Positions 17,417 through 25,163 of a DNA stretch of 64,000 bases are shown one piece after another; within the stretch, counting starts at the first letter, position 1, and every line of letters begins with the position of its first letter. The stretch is taken from positions 1 to 64,000 of IMG/VR virus record IMGVR_UViG_3300017913_001781, one strand, 5' to 3'. A model generated the notes under the pieces. That model saw only the letters and a list, made by a program, of their open reading frames with translations. It was not told where the DNA came from and made no database searches. The DNA is from a virus (Duplodnaviria > Caudoviricetes). Made by a program: the position numbers and the translations under genes.

Positions 17417-18865
17417 ATGAATCTAGTTGATGCACTCCGCCAAGGCAATATGAAGACTGAGAATGGTATGACTACCAACTCAACATCTCTTAATGCATGT
17501 GTTGATCTGTTCTATACAATCGGAGCAGCTCGGAGCATGGATGAAGAAGAACTTAATCAACTTTTCTTGTCTGCATTCCTTGAGAATTCAGATCTAGCTA
17601 TGAAGATTCTCTTTTGGGCAAGAGACATTAGAGGAGGTGCTGGAGAACGTAAAGCCTTTAGAACTATCATCAAAGATGTAGCTAAGGGTTCTCCAAAGGC
17701 TCTCGTGCACAATCTCAAGCATGTGCCAGAATTTGGTCGATGGGACGATCTTCTTGAGATGATTGACACTCCGCTTGAGCGCGATGCTTTGGTCTTGATC
17801 GCAGACGCGTTGACAGCTAAGAATCAGTTGTGCGCAAAGTGGATGCCTCGTAAAGGTTACAATGCCGCTAAAGTCAGAGACTTTATGGGTCTAACTCACA
17901 AAGAGTACCGCAAAATGTTGGTCAATGCTACAAATGTAGTTGAGACTAAGATGTGCTCTAAGCTTTGGGAAGACATTGATTTTTCTAAGGTGCCTTCTTT
18001 GGCGATGGCGCGTTATAATAGAGCCTTCCATAGAAATAGTAATGAAGCCTTTAGCAAGTTTAAGGCTGATTTGCAAAATGGAGATACTAAGGTTAACGCA
18101 GGCGCAATTTATCCATATGATATCATTAAATCTCTTCCTAGCGCCTTTTACGCAAATGAGTTTGATGACACGGTTGTTCAAGCTCAATGGGATTCTCTAG
18201 AGAACTATATGGAAGGATCTGATAAAAAGATTTTGCCAGTTGTAGACACCTCTGGGTCCATGGATGTTCGAATTTCTGGTTCAACGACAGCTCTTGACGT
18301 AGCCATCTCTTTGGGTATGTATATTTCTGAGCGCAACGAGGGCAAATTTAAAGATGCCTTTATTACATTCTCAGAGCATCCTGAATTGCAATATGTTCCT
18401 AATGGTACTTTGCTTGAAAAAGTTAAGTCATTAAAGTCTGCAAATTGGGGCATGAATACTAATCTTCAAGCTACTTTTGAATTGATTCTTGAAACGGCTG
18501 AGAAAAATAATATTTCAGTTGATGAAATGCCCGATACGTTATTGATTCTTAGTGATATGCAATTTGATCGGTGCACTGGAACAGGCAGAGGTATTAACAG
18601 AGGCGAGTCGAATTGGAATCCTACTGTCTTTGAGATGATCGAACTCATGTACGCTCAAGCAGATTATAAAATGCCTAACATCGTATTTTGGAATTTGCGT
18701 GCTAGCAATGGAGTTCCCGTTTCATTCGATAAAAATGGTACGGCTCTTATTAGTGGATTTAGTCCATCTATTATGAAGCACGTTCTTGGATCAGAAGAAT
18801 TTAATCCCGAAGCGACTATGCTTGAAACAATTTCAAGTGATCGCTATACTATAATAGAATCTTAA
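17417..18865 (+). CDS. TROVE/Ro60-like protein (DUF2828-type helical domain + C-terminal vWA)
   Basis: TENG, DLF, RDIRGGAGER, FGRWDDL, AKWMPR, VPSLAM and YPYDI motifs. vWA MIDAS VDTSGSM, TN, SDMQFD, IVFWNL, SGFSP. Confidence 0.8.
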   Translation: MNLVDALRQGNMKTENGMTTNSTSLNACVDLFYTIGAARSMDEEELNQLFLSAFLENSDLAMKILFWARDIRGGAGERKAFRTIIKDVAKGSPKALVHNLKHVPEFGRWDDLLEMIDTPLERDALVLIADALTAKNQLCAKWMPRKGYNAAKVRDFMGLTHKEYRKMLVNATNVVETKMCSKLWEDIDFSKVPSLAMARYNRAFHRNSNEAFSKFKADLQNGDTKVNAGAIYPYDIIKSLPSAFYANEFDDTVVQAQWDSLENYMEGSDKKILPVVDTSGSMDVRISGSTTALDVAISLGMYISERNEGKFKDAFITFSEHPELQYVPNGTLLEKVKSLKSANWGMNTNLQATFELILETAEKNNISVDEMPDTLLILSDMQFDRCTGTGRGINRGESNWNPTVFEMIELMYAQADYKMPNIVFWNLRASNGVPVSFDKNGTALISGFSPSIMKHVLGSEEFNPEATMLETISSDRYTIIES

Positions 18866-18910
18866 GGTTTCTTTCAGCAACTTTTATTTAAGCTATAATT
18901 CAGAAACCTG
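18865..18910 (+). ncRNA. Candidate Y-RNA-like hairpin, unit 1
   Basis: Stem AGGTTTCT (18865-72)/AGAAACCT (18902-09) closing TTCAGCAACTTTTA plus a variable segment. Confidence 0.55.
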
Positions 18911-18917
18911 TTATTTA

Positions 18918-18967
18918 AGGATCGTTTCAGCAACTTTTAATATCACCTTTACTTAGATGCGATCCTG
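18918..18967 (+). ncRNA. Candidate Y-RNA-like hairpin, unit 2
   Basis: Stem AGGATCGT (18918-25)/GCGATCCT (18959-66) closing the same TTCAGCAACTTTTA core, with compensatory changes relative to unit 1. Confidence 0.55.
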
Positions 18968-18973
18968 TTTTTT

Positions 18974-18997
18974 TAAAGCCACCTTTCGGTGGCTTTA
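18974..18997 (+). terminator. Terminator-like hairpin
   Basis: TAAAGCCACC-TTTC-GGTGGCTTTA perfect 10-bp stem. Confidence 0.75.
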
Positions 18998-18999
18998 AT

Positions 19000-19007
19000 G
19001 ATATATA
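19000..19007 (+). promoter_or_regulatory. Putative late promoter GATATATA
   Basis: 5 nt upstream of ATG 19013. Confidence 0.65.
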
Positions 19008-19012
19008 GACAT

Positions 19013-19732
19013 ATGGAGAATATAACTTGGTCAGGCATAGAATGGTTAACGCGTGAGCGCTGGGGCCGATTACATAAAGATAAGCCATTTGTATGGTACG
19101 ATCCTAAGTGCGTTGACGTAGATCAACACGGTTATTTGCATTTAACTACTGAGCATAGTCCTACTGAAATAGAAATAAATGATAAAGTTTATACGCCTTC
19201 ACTGGGCGCTGGATTGATTTGTAGTAAAGAAGACTTTTCTTATGGTAAATTTGAGATTGTGGCTAAGCTTCCAATGGGTAAAAAAAGATGGCCGGCATTT
19301 TGGTTATGGGGCGCAGACTCGTGGCCACCTGAAATTGATATATTAGAAGGATACACTGATAATAGAAACGGATACTTAAGGTTTAATCGCTTTAATTTTA
19401 TGGGCTGGTGGAATGTTCAGACCAATATATGGACTCATAAGAACGGAGACAAAGCAGTAAACCTTAGAGCCAAAACTCATTTCTTTGGATTTAAGAATCC
19501 AGCAAAAAACTTTATAACATACTCTCTTCTTTGGTTGCCAGATAAGATTCGTATATCTTACAACGGGTATTTAGTTAGAGAAATCTTAGATCCTGAAATT
19601 CTAAAGCATTTTAACAATCAAAAAATGAGAGTAGTTATCAATAATCATTTTCAACCCGGCTTTAAAGGATCCGACGCTTATAGTGATTTTGTAGTAAAAG
19701 AATTTAAATATATACCACATGAAGTACATTAA
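19013..19732 (+). CDS. Glycoside hydrolase family 16 (beta-glucanase-like)
   Basis: YGKFE..AKLP, WPAFWL and catalytic EIDILE. Start moved to ATG 19013 because the GTG at 18989 lies inside the hairpin. Confidence 0.85.
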   Translation: MENITWSGIEWLTRERWGRLHKDKPFVWYDPKCVDVDQHGYLHLTTEHSPTEIEINDKVYTPSLGAGLICSKEDFSYGKFEIVAKLPMGKKRWPAFWLWGADSWPPEIDILEGYTDNRNGYLRFNRFNFMGWWNVQTNIWTHKNGDKAVNLRAKTHFFGFKNPAKNFITYSLLWLPDKIRISYNGYLVREILDPEILKHFNNQKMRVVINNHFQPGFKGSDAYSDFVVKEFKYIPHEVH

Positions 19733-20231
19733 ATCAATTAATGAGATCAGCGGTTATGACCGTTGGAAAACTCAGAGTCCGTATGATGCTAATCCAGATT
19801 GTGAAACGTCCGGTGAATTAGATGCTGATATTACGTTTAATGTTGATAAGCGCGCAGACGATGACGCTATTGACGGTTCTCAATTTAAATCTTTTTGTAA
19901 AGACGTAGATCAGTTTTTAGCTAAATATTTTAAAAAATATAAAGTAGGCTTTAAAGCCGTTTCTCCATTAGAAACTAAGGATGAATCTTATCAAGATTGG
20001 AAAGAAAATGAAGACGGAAGTTACTCCATCGGTATGATGGCATGGAAAATCACAGGAGACTGGGACTATGGACCATCTGGCAATGACAATAATGAAATTG
20101 TTCAAGAGTTATTACCTAGCATAAAAGAATTACAAGCTGTGGCCAAACGATATAAGTGGGTTGATCTAAATAAAATTTATATCGAAGATATTGAAAGCGA
20201 TATCGACAATCCATGTGGCGAAGACTACTAA
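19719..20231 (+). CDS. Hypothetical protein with capsid-targeting-like leader
   Basis: MKYIKSINE; AATATATAC motif just upstream. Confidence 0.65.
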   Translation: MKYIKSINEISGYDRWKTQSPYDANPDCETSGELDADITFNVDKRADDDAIDGSQFKSFCKDVDQFLAKYFKKYKVGFKAVSPLETKDESYQDWKENEDGSYSIGMMAWKITGDWDYGPSGNDNNEIVQELLPSIKELQAVAKRYKWVDLNKIYIEDIESDIDNPCGEDY

Positions 20232-20247
20232 AAATTAATTGTAAAAA

Positions 20248-20517
20248 ATGAAATATTTAAAGAAATTAGAAGTTTTTGAAGGAGGAGACCCAGAAAAAAA
20301 AGCAACAATACGTGAAAAAATTCGCAATTTAGAAGCCAAAGAGCGCGATTTAGTAATTAAGAAAAGCGAAGAGGCTAAAAAGCTTACTAAAGAAGAAGAT
20401 CCTTTAAAGGCCGAAGTAATTACTCTTAATATTCAAAAAATGGAATTACAAAAACAATTGGCTAAAATAGACAAAAAAATAGCTTTGCGTAAGCTTCAAA
20501 TAGAGGATCGTAAATAA
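20248..20517 (+). CDS. Coiled-coil protein with capsid-targeting-like leader
   Basis: MKYLKKLEVFE followed by K/E-rich heptads. Confidence 0.65.
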   Translation: MKYLKKLEVFEGGDPEKKATIREKIRNLEAKERDLVIKKSEEAKKLTKEEDPLKAEVITLNIQKMELQKQLAKIDKKIALRKLQIEDRK

Positions 20518-20546
20518 ATAATTTAACACCTTTTAACAAATATTTT

Positions 20547-20577
20547 AAGCCCAGACTTTCAAGTTTGGGCTTTTTTT
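20547..20577 (+). terminator. Intrinsic terminator
   Basis: AAGCCCAGACT-TTCA-AGTTTGGGCTT plus a T tract. Confidence 0.85.
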
Positions 20578-20578
20578 C

Positions 20579-20595
20579 GTATATTAGCCATGTAA
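20579..20595 (+). promoter_or_regulatory. Putative early promoter (GTATATTAG..GTAA)
   Basis: Same class as 6439, 10197 and 15912; TTAACA repeats upstream. Confidence 0.55.
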
Positions 20596-20611
20596 CGTTA
20601 ATCAAGAGAAT

Positions 20612-20959
20612 ATGACAAACAAACTCAACGCCCTTCGCTGTGTAGAAGTTACCAGCCAAACTCAAGCTAACAATGGTACGATCTGCTACTATGACCCAAT
20701 CACTAAGTGTGATTACTTGTCTTATGAGTCAGGCTACATTCGACGCAGCTACAAGACTAAGTCTTGGAGAGGAGATCGTATCATTGAGACCATTTATCAA
20801 TTGAATCCTCAAAAGAAGGTTAAGCAAATTTCTAGCTATAGCGGAAATGAGTTTACAGTTACTGAGAGAGTTAAAATCTATGACGCTGAAGAACGAATGG
20901 ATCTTCTTGCTCGTGCAGTTGTCAACTATCGCGAAACGGTTAAATCTTACAATCGATAA
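20612..20959 (+). CDS. Hypothetical protein
   Basis: First ORF after the putative early promoter. Confidence 0.65.
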   Translation: MTNKLNALRCVEVTSQTQANNGTICYYDPITKCDYLSYESGYIRRSYKTKSWRGDRIIETIYQLNPQKKVKQISSYSGNEFTVTERVKIYDAEERMDLLARAVVNYRETVKSYNR

Positions 20960-20962
20960 TAA

Positions 20963-21403
20963 ATGAAACGTAGTTATTTGACTGATAGAAACCTTTGGTT
21001 GATCAGAGGTTTGCCAGGCAGCGGTAAAAGTACAGCCGCTAGGTGGATTGCAGATGGCCATAACAATGGCTATCATTTTGAGACTGACGAATATTTCAGA
21101 ACCGAAGGTAGAACTCGTGAGTATAAGTTCGATCCTTCTAAATTGAAAGAGGCTCATGAATGGTGCCAAAATCAAGTTGAAGAGGAGATGAAATATCACG
21201 GAGATGCTTTTAGGGTTTGCATTACTGTCTCTAATACCTTTACTCAAGAGTGGGAAATGGAAGCTTACTATGAGCTGGCTAAAAAGTATGATTACAATGT
21301 GATTAGCCTTATCGTCGAGAACCGGCACGGAGGTGAGAATAAGCATGGAGTTCCTAAAGAATCTATTGATCGTATGCGTGAACGCTTCGAAACTAAATTG
21401 TAA
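20963..21403 (+). CDS. P-loop polynucleotide kinase-like protein (AAA_33 type)
   Basis: IRGLPGSGKST, AHEWC, VSNTFTQEWE, NKHGVP...RMRERFE. Confidence 0.8.
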   Translation: MKRSYLTDRNLWLIRGLPGSGKSTAARWIADGHNNGYHFETDEYFRTEGRTREYKFDPSKLKEAHEWCQNQVEEEMKYHGDAFRVCITVSNTFTQEWEMEAYYELAKKYDYNVISLIVENRHGGENKHGVPKESIDRMRERFETKL

Positions 21404-21415
21404 ACCAAAGTATAA
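21390..21415 (+). promoter_or_regulatory. Putative promoter AAAC-N17-TATAA
   Basis: Upstream of 21422. Confidence 0.5.
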
Positions 21416-21421
21416 ACATTA

Positions 21422-21640
21422 ATGGAGCTTATTTCAAGTATACCTACATTTATTCCAATCTTTCTTCTTATTGGACTTAGCTTTTGTGTCTTCTATGATA
21501 AGCTAGTTGATTCTTTGCCAGAGATTGAAGAAAATAGATTTAATTGGGGCGAACGTCTTACTGTTATGGTTTTGTGGCCATTTGCAGTTATTGTTTTTTT
21601 ATATCACTTCTTTGCAGCATTTTTTTCAGACGATGAATAA
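21422..21640 (+). CDS. Small two-helix membrane protein
   Basis: Two hydrophobic segments, LWP motif. Confidence 0.6.
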   Translation: MELISSIPTFIPIFLLIGLSFCVFYDKLVDSLPEIEENRFNWGERLTVMVLWPFAVIVFLYHFFAAFFSDDE

Positions 21641-22553
21641 AGTTAATTATGGATACTGTTGTATCAACTTGTCTCTTAAGGACAAAAAGATTACTACTAA
21701 TCGTAGTATGATTAAGCGCACGTTTCAAGACAAAGGCATTAAATATGCCTCTGAGCTTGCATTGCAAAATGTTCGCGATCTAGTAGAGATTGTTAAGTGG
21801 AATGAAAAGAATGACATCAAACTATATCGTATGTCATCTGATATGTTCCCATGGATGAGTGAGTATGAATTGTCTGATCTGCCTGATTACGATAAGATTT
21901 GTAACATTCTAAAAGGTCTTGGCACTTTGGCAGAGTCTTATGGTCAGCGATTGACATTTCATCCTGGCCCGTTCGACGTTTTGGCCTCTCCTAATCAACC
22001 TGTCGTAGAAAAGACTATTCGCGACCTTAACAAACATGGTGAAATTATGGATCTTATTGGTCTGCCACGTACTCACCACGCTGCTATTAACGTCCATGTT
22101 AATACGACCAATGGTGGTAAAGAAGCTTGCTTAGATCGCTTTATTGCAGCCTTTGATAGGCTTGACGATTCAGTTAAGACTCGCCTTGTAGTTGAAAACG
22201 ATGACAAAGGAGCACAGTATGCAGTCGAAGATCTATATCGACTCTATCTCGAACGAGGTATTCCTATTACGTTTGACTATCACCATCACTGGTGCCATCC
22301 TGGAAAGCTGTCTCAAGAAGAAGCTATAAATATGGCAGCTATGACTTGGCCACAAGAAGTTCGTCAATTGTGTCACTTCTCAAGCGCTAAGTCTGTCTAC
22401 GAAGACGAGTCGGTTATGGATCGTGCACATGCTGATTATATCTACGATTATATTGATCCATATGGACTTGATTTGGATGTAGAGTTAGAAGCTAAAGCAA
22501 AAGATTTGGCAGTCTTAAAATATGTGAAACAATTGGAAACACTTAAAGTATAA
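21633..22553 (+). CDS. uvsE: UV damage endonuclease
   Basis: GYCCIN, YRMSSDMFPW, RLTFHPG, RLVVENDD, TFDYHHH, HADY, ELEAKAKD. Start at ATG 21633. Confidence 0.92.
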   Translation: MNKVNYGYCCINLSLKDKKITTNRSMIKRTFQDKGIKYASELALQNVRDLVEIVKWNEKNDIKLYRMSSDMFPWMSEYELSDLPDYDKICNILKGLGTLAESYGQRLTFHPGPFDVLASPNQPVVEKTIRDLNKHGEIMDLIGLPRTHHAAINVHVNTTNGGKEACLDRFIAAFDRLDDSVKTRLVVENDDKGAQYAVEDLYRLYLERGIPITFDYHHHWCHPGKLSQEEAINMAAMTWPQEVRQLCHFSSAKSVYEDESVMDRAHADYIYDYIDPYGLDLDVELEAKAKDLAVLKYVKQLETLKV

Positions 22554-22571
22554 ATATCAAATTTTAGAAAG

Positions 22572-22796
22572 ATGAGTAAATTAATTAACGCACTTAAGCT
22601 AAAATACGAGGCCCAGAAAATGGAAGCCATTGCAACTCTAGAGGTTTATCTTAAAAACCCGGCGGGTATAGGCGAGCATCCTCAAATTGTTGAAGAGATG
22701 GACAAATTGGTCAAGTCTATCGCTGATGCAGATGGTTGTCTTGAGTCCCTAAAATCTACGTTTATCGCAGATGACGAAGAGCAAATCAATGGTTAA
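22572..22796 (+). CDS. Small phage hypothetical protein (GIGEHP motif)
   Basis: NPAGIGEHP pattern, recalled from T4-like phage hypotheticals. Confidence 0.65.
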   Translation: MSKLINALKLKYEAQKMEAIATLEVYLKNPAGIGEHPQIVEEMDKLVKSIADADGCLESLKSTFIADDEEQING

Positions 22797-22828
22797 ATAA
22801 TTATGCCAATTAGAATGTTTATGGGCCT

Positions 22829-22855
22829 AAGGGGATCAATTTGATCCCCTTTTTT
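22829..22855 (+). terminator. Intrinsic terminator
   Basis: AAGGGGATCA-ATT-TGATCCCCTT plus a T tract. Confidence 0.85.
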
Positions 22856-22859
22856 ATGT

Positions 22860-22867
22860 GATATATA
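22860..22867 (+). promoter_or_regulatory. Putative late promoter GATATATA
   Basis: 4 nt upstream of ATG 22872. Confidence 0.65.
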
Positions 22868-22871
22868 GTTT

Positions 22872-23585
22872 ATGAGATACGTAGGTAATTTTAGTAACTT
22901 CTTAAATGAAGGGCGTGCACGCTATGATTCGCTAACTCGATCTATCGTTAAAGAAGCTATTAAACAATGGGTAAAGGATTGGAAGAAGGGTAAATCCTTT
23001 TCTACTTACGAAACCTATATCAATAACAGTGATTTAATATTTGATTGTACATGTACTCTTTATTTTGATAAGCATCCAACCTATGGTAAAGTAGAAGGAC
23101 TTTTTCAATCGTTTGATACGACCGGCGCCGATAGTAACGATGTAGATTCAGATGGTGACGATCAAGATCCATATATTATTATAGAAGTGGGAGTTCTTAC
23201 TGAAGAATTACCTGGACTTTGGTCGGCCATATACATGTACTTATCAGATATTGTTAGGCACGAAATAGAACACATCACACAGGGAGGAGAAGGTATTGGT
23301 AACTATAAACCTGGAAAACCAAACGATGAAGAGACAGATATGGCCGCGAGAGCTATGATAAAACAAGGCTTAATTCCAGAATATTACTATTTGTTATTAC
23401 CCAAAGAAGTCGATGCCAATCTTCAAGGTCTTAGATATCAGGCCAAGAAAGAGAGAATACCGATGATTGACGCAGTTAATCGATATTTAGATACACAGAC
23501 CTATTTAACTCCTAAAACACGAAAAGAAGTAATGTCGGATTGGAGAAAAAGAGCTAAAGAAATCGGAGGTATTCCAAAGTTCTGA
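22872..23585 (+). CDS. Putative zincin metallopeptidase with capsid-targeting-like leader
   Basis: VRHEIEHITQ (HExxH) plus downstream KEVDA. N-terminus MRYVGNFSNFLNE. Confidence 0.6.
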   Translation: MRYVGNFSNFLNEGRARYDSLTRSIVKEAIKQWVKDWKKGKSFSTYETYINNSDLIFDCTCTLYFDKHPTYGKVEGLFQSFDTTGADSNDVDSDGDDQDPYIIIEVGVLTEELPGLWSAIYMYLSDIVRHEIEHITQGGEGIGNYKPGKPNDEETDMAARAMIKQGLIPEYYYLLLPKEVDANLQGLRYQAKKERIPMIDAVNRYLDTQTYLTPKTRKEVMSDWRKRAKEIGGIPKF

Positions 23586-23591
23586 TATATA
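23584..23591 (+). promoter_or_regulatory. Putative late promoter GATATATA
   Basis: 4 nt upstream of ATG 23596. Confidence 0.65.
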
Positions 23592-23595
23592 CTAA

Positions 23596-24300
23596 ATGAA
23601 ACCAAAGGAAACATATAACGATTATCCAGCAGCTGCTAAGAAAAATGCTCAAATGGCCATTGATTGGAAAGAAAAATATGGCAGAGAAGAGGTTGACGCT
23701 GGTACTGCAGTCGGTTGGGCCAGAGCTCATCAATTAGCTAAAGGCGAAAAGATATCTGCTGATACAATTAGTCGAATGGCTTCTTTTAATAGACACAGAA
23801 AAAACTCAAAGATTGCAACCGAGTATAAAGACACACCTTGGAAAGACAAAGGATATGTTGCTTGGTTAATATGGGGAGGAGATGAAGGCGTAGATTGGGC
23901 AATGAAAAAATCAAAAGAACTAAATAAAATGGAAGAATCCAAATACTTTAAACCTGTCAAATCTTACAGTGATTTTATAAATGAAGCTATGGATATTAAC
24001 GATCCCATTCTTATTGCTTTAAGAGCTAGAAAGAATCAACTTACTCGTCAAGAGCAAGCTGCTTCTACGATAAGCACATCACAAGCTAAGAAACTAACGA
24101 CACAGTTAAATAAAATAAATTCTGAACTTTCACAATTATACGCCGAAAGAAATAGAATGTTAAGTGACATGGAACAAGAAGCTGAAATGGAAGGTGGTCC
24201 AGTTGCAGATCAATATGGCAAAGACTTAGATAAACTAGACCAAAAAATTGAAAAACTAATTACTTCTAGAAAGAAAATTGAGGTTCAATTGGCTCGGTAA
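23596..24300 (+). CDS. Two-domain phage protein (probable head-associated N-domain + coiled coil)
   Basis: GTAVGWARAHQLA and GYVAWLIWGGD domain recalled from phage head regions; internal KSYSDFINE motif. Confidence 0.6.
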   Translation: MKPKETYNDYPAAAKKNAQMAIDWKEKYGREEVDAGTAVGWARAHQLAKGEKISADTISRMASFNRHRKNSKIATEYKDTPWKDKGYVAWLIWGGDEGVDWAMKKSKELNKMEESKYFKPVKSYSDFINEAMDINDPILIALRARKNQLTRQEQAASTISTSQAKKLTTQLNKINSELSQLYAERNRMLSDMEQEAEMEGGPVADQYGKDLDKLDQKIEKLITSRKKIEVQLAR

Positions 24301-24320
24301 AAATTGCAAAAATCTAAACA

Positions 24321-24328
24321 GATATATA
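24321..24328 (+). promoter_or_regulatory. Putative late promoter GATATATA
   Basis: Intergenic, upstream of 24351. Confidence 0.6.
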
Positions 24329-24350
24329 TAAAAACATAAAAATTTAACAA

Positions 24351-25148
24351 ATGCGTAAGAAAATATTATCATTCGAAGAGTTTTCTACTAAAGGTGCTGG
24401 TCCAAGACTAGGAGAAGAGGAGTTAGAGGACGAAGTAGTAGATCAAGAAGAGGAACAAGGGGAAGAAGATACAGAAGACGAAACTGAAACTGAAGAGGCG
24501 CCCGTTGAGGAGCCTGAAACTGAAGAGGAGCCAGTTGAGGAACCTGAAGTTGAAGAAGATCCTGAAACCGAAGAGGAGCCAGTTGAGGAACCTGAAATTG
24601 AAGAGGCGCCCGTTGAGGAGCCTGAAACTGAAGAGGAGCCTGAAGTTGAAGAGGAACCAGTTGAGGAACCTGAAGTTGAAGAGGAACCTGAAGTTGAAGA
24701 GGAACCTGAAGTTGAAGAGGAGCCTGAAATTGAAGATGATGAAGATGACGATGATGACGATGATGACGATGATGACGACGATGATGAGGAAGATGATGAA
24801 GACATGGAAGAAGTCGAAGAATATAAGTCTGTTTCTGAAATGATGAAAGAGATGAATGAAATGACAGTCAAAGAGGCAGTTGCATATGAAGGTGATGATT
24901 ATGCCGAGCATACTGTAGAAACTTATATGAAAGAAAATGCCGCTATGGCAGCATCTCTTGCAGCCGAAGCCATGAAAGAGGCATATGGTCAAGTTAAAGA
25001 AGGCGAAATGACACAAGAAATGTATGAAGCCAATTGCGATTCCATGAAAGAGGCATACTCTAAAAAAATGGATGAGATGAAAGAGGCATATGCAGCAGAG
25101 GGGGAAGATATGGTCGACGATACTCAAGTTGGTCCAAGCAACCACTGA
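24351..25148 (+). CDS. Extremely acidic low-complexity protein (prohead core/scaffold-like)
   Basis: EEPE(V/T/I) repeats and a poly-Asp tract; leader MRKKILSFEEF. Confidence 0.65.
   Translation: MRKKILSFEEFSTKGAGPRLGEEELEDEVVDQEEEQGEEDTEDETETEEAPVEEPETEEEPVEEPEVEEDPETEEEPVEEPEIEEAPVEEPETEEEPEVEEEPVEEPEVEEEPEVEEEPEVEEEPEIEDDEDDDDDDDDDDDDDDEEDDEDMEEVEEYKSVSEMMKEMNEMTVKEAVAYEGDDYAEHTVETYMKENAAMAASLAAEAMKEAYGQVKEGEMTQEMYEANCDSMKEAYSKKMDEMKEAYAAEGEDMVDDTQVGPSNH
24486..24801 (+). repeat. Coding tandem repeats (gaagaggaacctgaagtt-type 18-mers; gatgacgat run)
   Basis: Directly visible in the sequence. Confidence 0.85.
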
Positions 25149-25163
25149 TTTCATTAATATAAT

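Noticed and set aside
18862-18970. Mini-CRISPR array
   Set aside because: Only two units, the identical core is 15 nt, the flanks covary as a stem rather than repeating, and no cas gene is in the window. Treated instead as structured RNA repeats.
20729-21346. 205-aa minus-strand ORF
   Set aside because: Overlaps two credible plus-strand genes, including the P-loop kinase; no recognisable motif.
24423-25154. Long minus-strand and alternative-frame ORFs (24423..25154, 24443..24871, 24505..24843)
   Set aside because: Shadows of the low-complexity acidic repeat gene.
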